A stretch of 64,000 nucleotides of DNA from assembly GCA_038203825.1 (NCBI GenBank), contig JBBRDO010000001.1, positions 64,590 through 128,589 of the forward strand. The letters are read 5' to 3'. A model generated the notes under the pieces. That model was given only the letters and a program-made list of their open reading frames with translations, was not told the DNA's origin and did no database searches. Shown here piece by piece: positions 18,496 to 27,630 of the stretch (position 1 is its first letter; every line of letters starts with the position of its first letter). The stretch comes from Chloroflexia bacterium (GTDB taxonomy: Bacteria > Chloroflexota > Chloroflexia > QHBQ01 > JADMIH01). A program made the translations under genes and the position numbers.

Positions 18496-19896
18496 TCATT
18501 CTGCTTGATTCTCTCCGTGCGCCGGGACCGCAGAGTGTACACCCATACCACCGGCACTGGCCAATAGGCCCACGTAAACCCAGGGGAACGCGAGCCACGA
18601 ACCCTCTGTCACCTGGAAAGCCACTAGAAGGGCCGCAAGAGCACCAAGCAAACCGAGTGTGGTCCATTGAAACACCTGGCTTTCAGGGTAACGCTGGAGC
18701 CCGCGCGCTGATGCCCAGATCAAGCCCCCGATGCCGGCCAGCCAGCAGGCCAGGCCGATGAGGCCGCTGTCATAGACCACATGAAACTCCAGATTTGAGA
18801 TCCAGCCAGGGTTGCCCTTAGCATCCTGATGGCCGACGGCGAAACTACCGGCGCCGTTGCCCACGAAGGGGTGTGCCTCGATACCCGGCATGGCGTCTTG
18901 CAAACTATCCACACGAGCGCGCAATGAGGGATCGGCCTGAGGATCGTAGGCGCTCACGTTCACTCTGCTGAAGAGAACAGAGCTTGTACCGGGAAATACC
19001 AGCGGAGCGAGGCCGACGAGGAATAGCGCAGCTGCAGCAGTTGCCGACACCGCGAGAGCCAAGTTTGGTCTTCTCCTTAGTGCGGGCTTACTGTCGATGC
19101 GAGGCGCGCTGGCGCGCTTGCGAGATAAAGCTAATCCGACGACCAGCACAAGTACTCCCGCAGCGAACCCCAACCAGGCACCACGCGCTAAGCTGAGCCC
19201 AAGTGCAGCCAGGATTAGTGCCAGGCCACAAGCCAGAACTAACGCGCGGCGTCGCGATGCTTCGGCAATCAGGGTAGCCACGGTTAGGATAGCGCCTGCA
19301 GCCAGATAGCTTCCCAGAAAGTTAGGCTCCCAGAGCGTGCCCGTAGGCACGGCAATACCCCCGGTTCCTATCTGTGCGCCAGGCGGCACCCATGACCAGG
19401 CCAGGCCGAGCACCAGAAAGGTCAGCACGGCTTCTGCGCAGGCAAGTGTGATAAGCATGTCAACGGCCTGAGACAGACGCCTTCTCGTGTCGACCAGTCC
19501 GTACGCCAGCCATGCCGCGGAAGTCACTAGTGCAACCATGACCGTGTGGCGCACACTCTCAGCTGGGTCGGGCGCGTTCAGAACCGATGCTACAAGTAGC
19601 GTAACAAGTAGCGGAATCGTCCATAAGAGAAGTCGGGCCTTTGCGAACCGCCCATTGAGAACTAGACGCCAGCCAACGAGCGCCCACAATACCAGCAGCG
19701 CCACGTGTTCGGGTTTCACTGTTAGCCCCGCGACCACAAACGCAGGCTGCTCAAGGCTGACGCCGACAATGAGTAGTAGCAGAGCCGCCAATTGTAGGCG
19801 GACCCCGAGCATACCCACCGCCATGCCGCCGGGCCTGTGGCTGGTCAAATCCGGCACTTCAGGTACAGCAACTCTGCCTGTTCTGCTCGGCTCCAT
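18496..19896 (-). CDS. O-antigen ligase/polymerase-like (Wzy_C family) membrane protein
   Basis: 466 aa with about 11 TM segments. A large external loop holds HPFVGNGAGSFAVGH, resembling the O-antigen ligase family motif. Confidence 0.65.
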   Translation of the reverse strand: MEPSRTGRVAVPEVPDLTSHRPGGMAVGMLGVRLQLAALLLLIVGVSLEQPAFVVAGLTVKPEHVALLVLWALVGWRLVLNGRFAKARLLLWTIPLLVTLLVASVLNAPDPAESVRHTVMVALVTSAAWLAYGLVDTRRRLSQAVDMLITLACAEAVLTFLVLGLAWSWVPPGAQIGTGGIAVPTGTLWEPNFLGSYLAAGAILTVATLIAEASRRRALVLACGLALILAALGLSLARGAWLGFAAGVLVLVVGLALSRKRASAPRIDSKPALRRRPNLALAVSATAAAALFLVGLAPLVFPGTSSVLFSRVNVSAYDPQADPSLRARVDSLQDAMPGIEAHPFVGNGAGSFAVGHQDAKGNPGWISNLEFHVVYDSGLIGLACWLAGIGGLIWASARGLQRYPESQVFQWTTLGLLGALAALLVAFQVTEGSWLAFPWVYVGLLASAGGMGVHSAVPAHGENQAE

Positions 19897-20128
19897 CGGG
19901 CGCGCTCTCCTCCTCTATCTTGCCGAAATTATAGCGAATCCGCGGTTCGTACCGCAAGGAATGTTCGTGCGCCTCCACATCGTCCAAGCGTCCTGGTAAC
20001 AAGACCGACTCGGGTGAACGCGCCACGCCACAGGTACACCGCGCACATTATCCGCTCGGTGGTGGTAGAATTGTGCCGGTATGCACTTCCAAGCGGACCA
20101 TAGCGAGAGCACTATCTCTGAGTGGTGA

Positions 20129-21834
20129 GTGTTTAAACCAGCCCCTGTGCCGGACTCCATGTCCGTTTCCCCGAGTCGGTCGGCAATCAGCAGGCCCGGC
20201 TCCCCGTTGTCTTACAAGTTGGCGCTTCTTGGTTTGGTGCTCCTAAGCCTTGGGTTGCGGATTTTCGCGATCGGCTGGGGAATACCGGACTTTGACCCTG
20301 CGCGCATCGCTACAAGCAGTTATCGCAACTCATACCACATCGACGAAGACAATTTCATCTGGGGGCCAATGCAGATGCGCCCCGCTCAGGGCAACTTCGA
20401 CGTAGTCGACTATCACTGGGGCACGCTTCAACTCTTTCTGGTCGACGGAACCTTCCTGGTTGGAGAATCAGTGGGCATAGTCCCGACGCCCTGGGAGACC
20501 GCGTTTCGGGACGGCGATTTAGGTACCATCCCGAAACTCTATATCCTGGGGCGCTTAGTGTCGGTCCTAGCTGGACTACTTGGTACCGTGCTTGGGGCCG
20601 CTCTAGGCTCGCTTGTCGCAGGACGTACCGGGGGCCTGGCCGCCGGTGCGGCCTACACCGCGACTCCCCTGGCTGTGGCCGAGGCCCATTACCTGACCAA
20701 CGACGTTGTGATGAGCGTTCTTGTGGCGGGGTCGGTGCTGTGCGCAGTGATGGCAGTTCAACCTATGCGACTTCGTTGGCTGTTCCTGGCAGGCTTGCTG
20801 CTGGGTCTTGGCGTCGCGGATAAATATTCAGCCATTTTCGCTGCCCCAGCGCTTCTTGTTGCCCAGTTCTTCTACTTGCGACAGGACAGCGGCGCAACGC
20901 GGAGTACGCGCAAGCAAGGTGTTTTCGCCTTCGTGGCACCTTGGTGCGGCCTCGTGCTTGGGTTCGTCGTGGGCGAACCGTACGTGATTTTCGTGCCCGG
21001 AAAGATAGTGGCTGGCATCCAAACAACTGTGCAAGGCAATGCATCCGATCTGACAGCGGGCATAAAACAGATCCTTGGGATGTTGCTCTGGCAGGCACAG
21101 AACGTGGCTGAATTAGCTCTTACGTGGCCGCTGGCGCTGTTAGCGCTCGCTGGCGTAGGTGTGCTGCTTTGGAGTGCCCTCCGCACCGTTATGAGGGTGA
21201 GGCAGGAGCCCATTGAGCAAGATGCAGGCACTCCGCCGCCTGCGACTGCATCTTGGATCGTTCTGGCGGCACTTGCTGGCTTGATGTTAGGGCTTGCGCT
21301 CAACGTGTGCCGATGCTCCGCTATAGCCAACCGTTCTTGCCGTTGCTGGCGGTTGGAGCGGGTGTCGCCCTGGTGGCGATACCAACGCGCTTCCTCAGGT
21401 GGACAACTGCGGCGCTCGTTATTGGTACAGCCGGTGTAATTACGCTCGGCCAGCTTTCGATCATGGCGGGGCCGCACCCGGCGAACGAACTGCTCGCCTG
21501 GTTGCAAGCGCACTTACAGCGTGGACAAACTGTGGCGCAAGTCTGGCCCGAGTACCCCCCTCTCGACGGTACAGGAGAGTACCGGCTGGTAAGCATGGAC
21601 CGGTGGAATCCCCAGTTGCCGGAAGGATCCACTCCGGACTATATCATCACGGACAACATGGCTTTTGCCCCACCTGCACCCGCTTTATAAGATCTACTCG
21701 CCGCTCATTATCATGAGGTAGCCGAATTCAGCGCTCGCCCACGCATAGGACCGTTCACCTGGGACGAAGGCACAACGCCCCATGATTGGAAATACAGTCA
21801 CCCTTCTTTCAAGGTCTACGCTCCGCTGAAGTGA
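20129..21834 (+). pseudogene. ArnT/PMT-like GT-C glycosyltransferase gene disrupted by a frameshift (about 21300-21312) and an in-frame TAA (21688-21690)
   Basis: Frame 1 (20129-) carries NSYHIDEDNFIWGP and LLGLGVADKYSAIFAAP, then degenerates after ..LMLGLALNV. The sequence continues sensibly in another frame as PMLRYSQPFLPLLAVGAGVALVAI...DYIITDNMAFAPPAPAL, then hits TAA. The same frame then reads DLLAAHYHEVAEFSARPRIGPFTWDEGTTPHDWKYSHPSFKVYAPLK to a TGA at 21832-21834. Confidence 0.6.
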
Positions 21835-21849
21835 GGTTCATGACCGCAC

Positions 21850-23607
21850 TTAGCGCCTTGTGTCTATGCTGTAAACGGAATATGCTCCCGCAGTTCCTTG
21901 AGGCGTGAGGGAGTAGTTTTGCTGCAGCCAGAGCCAGCGAGCCGCGAGTGGCGTGTTGGCCCACTGCCCTGACATATCAGCCTCGGGGATGACAAGGAGG
22001 TGAGTGCCCGGCGCGTCCAGAAAGTGAGCTACGATATTCTGGTCGCTGTTGAATAGCTCAATTGTCGGCCACTGAGTGTAATGATAGAGCACCGAAGTCA
22101 TGCCAAAGGCAACCACGCGCGGCGGGGTTTCCTCTGCATAGGAGCCCGCTGCCTGCCGCGCAAGAGCTACCACCGCCCGTTCTTCAACCTTGAACGATTC
22201 GTGGATTCCCATCCAGCCCCTGACTGAGCCCTGTTCCCTGTAGATTCCGGCTCCGACGCAAGCCATTACCACAAGGGCCGTAGCTGCGGCAAGCGCCCTC
22301 CTTCCCCTGTCCCCTCGGCGCACTGCATCGATAGCCAGGTCAATACCCTTCGTGGCTCCTATGCCTATCAGGACCAGGAACGTCGGCAAGTACGTTAGTG
22401 CGAATCGCTGAGCCTGGTATGGCGCACCTGCGAAAAACAGGACGGGCGGCAGCCACCAGGTCACCAGTAGGGCAATGACGGGCCATATACGCGCACGGAC
22501 AAGCACGACAGCCCCCAAGAAGAGGGCCGGCAGATAGAATCCGGAGAGGAAACCCGAGTCTGAATCGAAGAATGGCGCGAGAAGATAGAAGACAATCATG
22601 GGCTGTCCGAATGTACTCGTGCCATCGGGGCCTGTGACCGTCCTGCTGAACAAATTGGCTGGCGACCAGTTATTTAGCCAGTACGCGGTACTGGCGCCGG
22701 CCCCGCCCGCGAGGTTAAGTTCTTTGTATGCTATCAAATAGAAAAGCTGTGGCAAGATGCCAGCCGCAAACCCCGCTAATGCCCACCACGGCGTGGGATA
22801 GCCCGCGACCAGGCGGCTTTGCCGATGATCAGTAGGGGAAAATCGCCGCACCAGATAATAGACCACCACCGGTACTACGAAGAATATGGCTCCGTAGCGC
22901 ATCAGTACGGCGAGCCCGAGCGCAACCCCACCTGCAACAGCCCATGCTACCCCGCGCTTTGCACTCGAATTCCTTCTCACCTGCACAGGCCACGCCCGTA
23001 AGCTGCAATAAATGCCTAGCAGACCGCAGAAGAGCGCCGGGACGTCAGCCATCACAGATAGGCCCATTCGCGTGAAAGTGGCAACGAGCGGGAGCAGTCC
23101 TCCTGCAACCAGGCCCGCCAGGACCCGTGCGCGGAACGCTGCACCGGCCCACATCTCACCAACTAGCAAATAGAGCATTATGACGGCCCCGCCTGCCAAG
23201 AAGAGAGTTGTTTCTCGCCCCCCGGCCACACTGCCCGTGATAATCTGACCTCCAATTATGAGCAGGTGATAGCCCACCGGCCAATGGTAAAGTTGGGCAC
23301 CGCTGAACAGCTGCCAGGGCTGCGATGCCTGGCCTGTCATGTCCTGCAATATCGCGCGGGCCTGGTAGTAATATGCGTAGGAGTCCTGCCCATACAGGCC
23401 ATCATAAGGATAATGGGCCAGGAGGTACCAAAACAGTAGCGCACACCAGGCTACTAACATGCCAATGGCCAGGGCGCTGATTGCGGCATGGGACCTTCCA
23501 AGCGCGACCATTCGCTCGTGGACTGACAGACGCTGTGGTACCTTTGCTTGCATGCTATAGACTGTCGCACAGGACGAGAGTGCCCGGGCTTGCCGGCCCG
23601 CAGGCAA
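21850..23607 (-). CDS. GT-C membrane glycosyltransferase (ArnT/PMT_2/YYY-like)
   Basis: 585 aa (or about 567 aa from MQAKVPQ at 23553) with more than 12 TM segments. The first-loop motif is YDGLYGQDSYAYYYQARAI. The C-terminal soluble domain ends LTPQGTAGAYSVYSI. Confidence 0.65.
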   Translation of the reverse strand: MPAGRQARALSSCATVYSMQAKVPQRLSVHERMVALGRSHAAISALAIGMLVAWCALLFWYLLAHYPYDGLYGQDSYAYYYQARAILQDMTGQASQPWQLFSGAQLYHWPVGYHLLIIGGQIITGSVAGGRETTLFLAGGAVIMLYLLVGEMWAGAAFRARVLAGLVAGGLLPLVATFTRMGLSVMADVPALFCGLLGIYCSLRAWPVQVRRNSSAKRGVAWAVAGGVALGLAVLMRYGAIFFVVPVVVYYLVRRFSPTDHRQSRLVAGYPTPWWALAGFAAGILPQLFYLIAYKELNLAGGAGASTAYWLNNWSPANLFSRTVTGPDGTSTFGQPMIVFYLLAPFFDSDSGFLSGFYLPALFLGAVVLVRARIWPVIALLVTWWLPPVLFFAGAPYQAQRFALTYLPTFLVLIGIGATKGIDLAIDAVRRGDRGRRALAAATALVVMACVGAGIYREQGSVRGWMGIHESFKVEERAVVALARQAAGSYAEETPPRVVAFGMTSVLYHYTQWPTIELFNSDQNIVAHFLDAPGTHLLVIPEADMSGQWANTPLAARWLWLQQNYSLTPQGTAGAYSVYSIDTRR

Positions 23608-23748
23608 TCAATATACCACGGTGAAGATTGGTCCGGCAAAGAACTCTAGCGAATTCAGGACCATGAACAGGGGTTCGCTGGCGCCCTCGGACTTGATCGA
23701 TTGTATATAATTGCGGAGTTCGTGAATGCCCGTCAAGGAGTGGAAAGC

Positions 23749-25296
23749 ATGGTTGGACCGGAACACACAGGGAGTTCGCGGGCCGAGCCTTCGGTCCGCA
23801 ATAAACATGACTTCCTCAGTGGTCATATGGGCGCAGTGTCGCTTACGGCGGTGGCTTGTATCGCCCTGGTAATCGGCGGACTGAGCGCAACCGTGGCCCG
23901 CAATGGCCTGCACTGGGACCAGGAGACGGCCCTGTACCCATGGTTGATGAACAATGGCTGGGTATTGTATCGCGACATTCGCGACCAGCACGGCCCCCTA
24001 TTTCCCAGCCTCCTTTCACTCTTGCCTGATCCTGGGAGTGCGGGCACTCAGTTCGTCTTCATGCTCCTGCTGGTGGCGCTTGTCGCGCTGTTGACCGCAA
24101 TTGCTGCCTGGCGCACGTCCAGTCCGGCGGCTGCGCTCTTTGCGGTCGGCCTCTACGCGCTCTGGATACTACCATTTGACGGGGCGCATGTTTGGTACGA
24201 TCTCGGCCTCGCCCCATTCTACCTGGCCGCATTCCTCGTCGCCTGGGACATGCTCGCCAAGCCGGCCGAGAATTGGCGTCCCGTGGCGCTCGGGTTGCTC
24301 CTGGGTCTGGCGTTTCTGCTAAAGCAGCAGGCCGCGGTTGCCCTCTTGGGCGGGCTTGCGGTTGTGCCATTGCACCAAAGGCGTTCTGTTGCCTTGTACG
24401 TAGGCGCGGCTAGCTTGCCGGTACTCATCAGCGTTCTAGTTTTCTCAATCACAGGTGCAGTGGGGGACTATTTCTACTGGGTCGTGACATATAACTTGAC
24501 GCCCACATACGTCCAGGGAGCTTCCGCCCTCGTCCCGCCGGCGGATTGGCCCCTCATTCTTGCCCTCCTGGCACCGGTGCCTGCGCTTGCTGCCGGCCTT
24601 TCCCCTATGAAAAGCATTTGGCGCAGGCGGCTCGGCTTCATCATCTTTTCAGGCGGCTTACTGTTCGCAGCAATAATTCCGATCTGGCCGCGCTATGCAC
24701 GTTTCCATCTGGCAGGCGCTCTGCCCCTGCTGGCCTTATTCGGCGGCATTGCCATCTGGAATTTGTTGGTACACTTTCCGGGATTCCGTTCTCGCGCTGT
24801 ACTTCCTTGGGCGGGAGGAGTTCTGCTTATCCTCCTTTCTCTCAGGCTCACTGGGCCGTCGGGTTTGCGGACGCTGGCGGGCGTCTGGCGAGTCCAACCT
24901 GCTCCCTTACCGTATAGCTCCACTATCGCTCCGCTTCGTAACTGGGTTCAGTCGAATACGCCCCCCGACCGTCCGATCCTCGTGTATGATCTCGATTCCA
25001 CGCTGTATCGGGTGCTCGAACGACAACCGCCAAAGCCGTGGTCTCCCTTCTTCCCCTGGATCATGGAAGGCGATTCCACAGCTGCGCAGTGGGTCGCAGG
25101 CATCGAAACCGCGCGCCCGCGCATCGCCCTCGTCACGCCTGAATTTGTTGCCGGGCGTCACCTACCGATCCCCGACGGAGGACGCAGCGAAGAATTCCTC
25201 AGAGCGAACTACGTGGCAGGGCCCGTGTTCACGGTCGAGAAATATCCCGGTTCAGGACAGCAGCAGATCGTCGCGCTGCAATTAGCAGGCCCATAA
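23749..25296 (+). CDS. Polytopic membrane protein, GT-C-like glycosyltransferase, paralog of 17115-18476
   Basis: AAGGAG lies 9 nt upstream of the ATG at 23749. Motifs shared with the paralog are ALYPWLMNNGWVLYRDIRDQHGPLFPSLL and PILVYDLDSTLYRVLERQPPKPWSPFF. The track ORF starts at a TTG at 23701. Confidence 0.6.
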   Translation: MVGPEHTGSSRAEPSVRNKHDFLSGHMGAVSLTAVACIALVIGGLSATVARNGLHWDQETALYPWLMNNGWVLYRDIRDQHGPLFPSLLSLLPDPGSAGTQFVFMLLLVALVALLTAIAAWRTSSPAAALFAVGLYALWILPFDGAHVWYDLGLAPFYLAAFLVAWDMLAKPAENWRPVALGLLLGLAFLLKQQAAVALLGGLAVVPLHQRRSVALYVGAASLPVLISVLVFSITGAVGDYFYWVVTYNLTPTYVQGASALVPPADWPLILALLAPVPALAAGLSPMKSIWRRRLGFIIFSGGLLFAAIIPIWPRYARFHLAGALPLLALFGGIAIWNLLVHFPGFRSRAVLPWAGGVLLILLSLRLTGPSGLRTLAGVWRVQPAPLPYSSTIAPLRNWVQSNTPPDRPILVYDLDSTLYRVLERQPPKPWSPFFPWIMEGDSTAAQWVAGIETARPRIALVTPEFVAGRHLPIPDGGRSEEFLRANYVAGPVFTVEKYPGSGQQQIVALQLAGP

Positions 25297-26611
25297 CCAG
25301 CCCCCAGAGCACCAGAGTGCCATAGAGGCGCGGGTAATAAAGCAGCGAACGCCAACCCTCGACGCCAGGCACATTGAAACGCCAGGGAGCGCCAAGTAAC
25401 AGTGCTGAAACGAACAGGGCTATCGACCCCGCCAGGATTGGCAGACGCGCTTGCAGGTTTCTCGTTCGGATATTGGCGGCATACATATCCCATATGACCC
25501 TCAACACAACCAGTAACGGAAACAGCGTAAGCACAAAATGGTAATCCTCAGCCACGGGTGCCAGAACAAGCGCCAGCGGCACTACAAGAGCCACGGGAAG
25601 TAACCCCTGCGCGACAGTCGCCGGGCGTGTATCGACGACTGTGCTACGTATGTACAACGTCCAGCTGGTTAGCGCGACCAACACCACAGCCCAGGCCCAC
25701 CAGAGCCACCCCGCCAGCGCGGGCATGTTCACCACAGGCACCGGGTTATAAGTGGCGTCGTAGCGCAACAAATGAGTAAGCCAACTGTTGAGCGTCTGGT
25801 AGGCAGTAACCGCAGTTTCAGGCCGGTCGCGCCATGTGACCGCGAACCTCAGCGCGCGAACCCACTGCTCAGTACCCCATAGTGCAACGGTAACGCCGGC
25901 TGCGGCAGCAAAGAACGCAAGGGCCGAAATCAGCAGGCGCCAGCGCCTCCAGAGTAGGATAGGAAGCAGCAGGATAGCCGCGTAATAGAGCTTAACAATA
26001 GCGAACAGGCCCAAAGTCAAACCCGCCGCAATCTGGGTTCGACTCGTGCCCTTTGACTGTGTTCCCTCCTGAAAATCGTGCAGACGAAAGCCCAGCACGG
26101 CGCCCACAGCCAGAAGCAACAATAACAATGGATAAGCCTGCCCCCGGCTGATATTCTCGCGCCAGGGGTGAAATAGCGGCGCGAGCGCCCATAGCCCAAA
26201 TTCCATGGTTCGGGTCGGCGCGAGCGCTCGAAACAATAATGCGCAAGACAGAATATAGCAGAATAGCATCAACATGTCCCAGATCGTGCGTGCTGTTGTC
26301 TCGCTAAAGGCCGCCAGCGGCAAGAACACCAGGATCGTCGTGGGCATGTTCGCTTCGAAGATGTCGGGCACTGTTCCAAGGCGCGTGGCTTGCTGGAAGA
26401 ATACATCTCGATCTGCGTAAATGAGATTTGCATTTCCCTCGATAGCGAGCCGCGCCGCGACCCAGTAGGCAGGGTTTGGCCAATGCGGTGCCTGCACGGC
26501 CGGCAGCAGCACTCGCACACCAAAGTCGGACCATGTCAGCACTGCAATCAGCAGCAGAAGCAAGTGCAGCAGGAGTCCAGGCTTTTGCGCCGAGAAGATT
26601 GAGGTACCCAT
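25229..26611 (-). CDS. Polytopic membrane glycosyltransferase, DUF2029/GT87-like
   Basis: 460 aa with about 11 TM segments. The N-terminal loop AYWVAARLAIEGNANLIYADRD resembles the GT87/DUF2029 pattern. It starts 2 nt after the methyltransferase stop. Confidence 0.5.
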   Translation of the reverse strand: MGTSIFSAQKPGLLLHLLLLLIAVLTWSDFGVRVLLPAVQAPHWPNPAYWVAARLAIEGNANLIYADRDVFFQQATRLGTVPDIFEANMPTTILVFLPLAAFSETTARTIWDMLMLFCYILSCALLFRALAPTRTMEFGLWALAPLFHPWRENISRGQAYPLLLLLLAVGAVLGFRLHDFQEGTQSKGTSRTQIAAGLTLGLFAIVKLYYAAILLLPILLWRRWRLLISALAFFAAAAGVTVALWGTEQWVRALRFAVTWRDRPETAVTAYQTLNSWLTHLLRYDATYNPVPVVNMPALAGWLWWAWAVVLVALTSWTLYIRSTVVDTRPATVAQGLLPVALVVPLALVLAPVAEDYHFVLTLFPLLVVLRVIWDMYAANIRTRNLQARLPILAGSIALFVSALLLGAPWRFNVPGVEGWRSLLYYPRLYGTLVLWGLVMGLLIAARRSAAVLNRDISRP

Positions 26612-26613
26612 TG

Positions 26614-27525
26614 CTAGACTGACAACTCGTTATCCGAGGCTCCCGAGGGGTGCGGTTTGTCGAGTACAAATAAGCGAGGTTCAATGTACATCCCGTCGTC
26701 GTGGTGCTGCCGGTTTAGCACGCGATAAAGAGCCCGCGCCCGGCGCCCGGATGGTGTAAGGTAGCTGTGCAGCCAGTAGAAGCGCGACAAGGCGTTAGAC
26801 GCAAGAGTTCGCAAGTCCAGACTTGAGCGCGCCGTCTTCCGGTCCCCGGGTGCGGCGCTAATAATGTCGGAGCTTACAACCTGGAAGCCGGCATCCTTCA
26901 TAACGCCCAGCCACTCATCAAGCGCCCAGGGTGAATCTGACGCCATGCGCAGGCCGAAGTCCGCGAGACATGACGCGTTGATGGCAGCAATAGTTTTGGC
27001 GGGTACTCCGGTTCGCCAGATCGCTTCGTTCGCCACATATCTGCCGCTCGGCTTCAGGACGCGGTACATCTCTTGGAGCAGTGCTTTCGCGCCCTGAGCG
27101 TCCTGGAAACCCAGCACTGATTCCGTGTAGACCCTGTCATATGATGCGTCGGCGAAAGGCAGGCGCCCGTCAGGCTCCACAAGGTGTACGGCAGAGCGCT
27201 TGCCGAGGCCCGACAGGCGAATGCGTTTGCGTGCTACTTGCAGCATGGCAGGTGTAACATCGACGCCGTCAATCCGCGCCGGCTTGTACTGAGCCAGGCG
27301 CGCCATCGTACCGCCGGTCCCGCAACCCACGTCCAGCACACGCAAACCTCCACGCAGCCCCAGTCGTTCGATCAAAGCCGCGGTGGCTGCCAGGCCGAGT
27401 GGGTGGATCTCCGTTGCGCCCGTGCCAGCGAGATGCACCAAGAATCGCAAGTCCATCTGGCGATTTTGGTCGACAGCAGGGTGGCCGGACTCATCAGTAT
27501 CGGTAGAATAATCTGATTTGAGCAT
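26614..27525 (-). CDS. Class I SAM-dependent methyltransferase
   Basis: 303 aa. Motif I VLDVGCGTGGTMARLA, post-I DGVDVTPAML, and the motif LKPSGRYVANE. Confidence 0.8.
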   Translation of the reverse strand: MLKSDYSTDTDESGHPAVDQNRQMDLRFLVHLAGTGATEIHPLGLAATAALIERLGLRGGLRVLDVGCGTGGTMARLAQYKPARIDGVDVTPAMLQVARKRIRLSGLGKRSAVHLVEPDGRLPFADASYDRVYTESVLGFQDAQGAKALLQEMYRVLKPSGRYVANEAIWRTGVPAKTIAAINASCLADFGLRMASDSPWALDEWLGVMKDAGFQVVSSDIISAAPGDRKTARSSLDLRTLASNALSRFYWLHSYLTPSGRRARALYRVLNRQHHDDGMYIEPRLFVLDKPHPSGASDNELSV

Positions 27526-27630
27526 GTTACAGTTTCGGGTGCCTCAAGTAATCTGCGGCCAATATAATCTGCACACGCACGCACGTCAATCGAGGGCAGC
27601 CCGAACAATGCCAATTTGGCCTCTCGAGCC

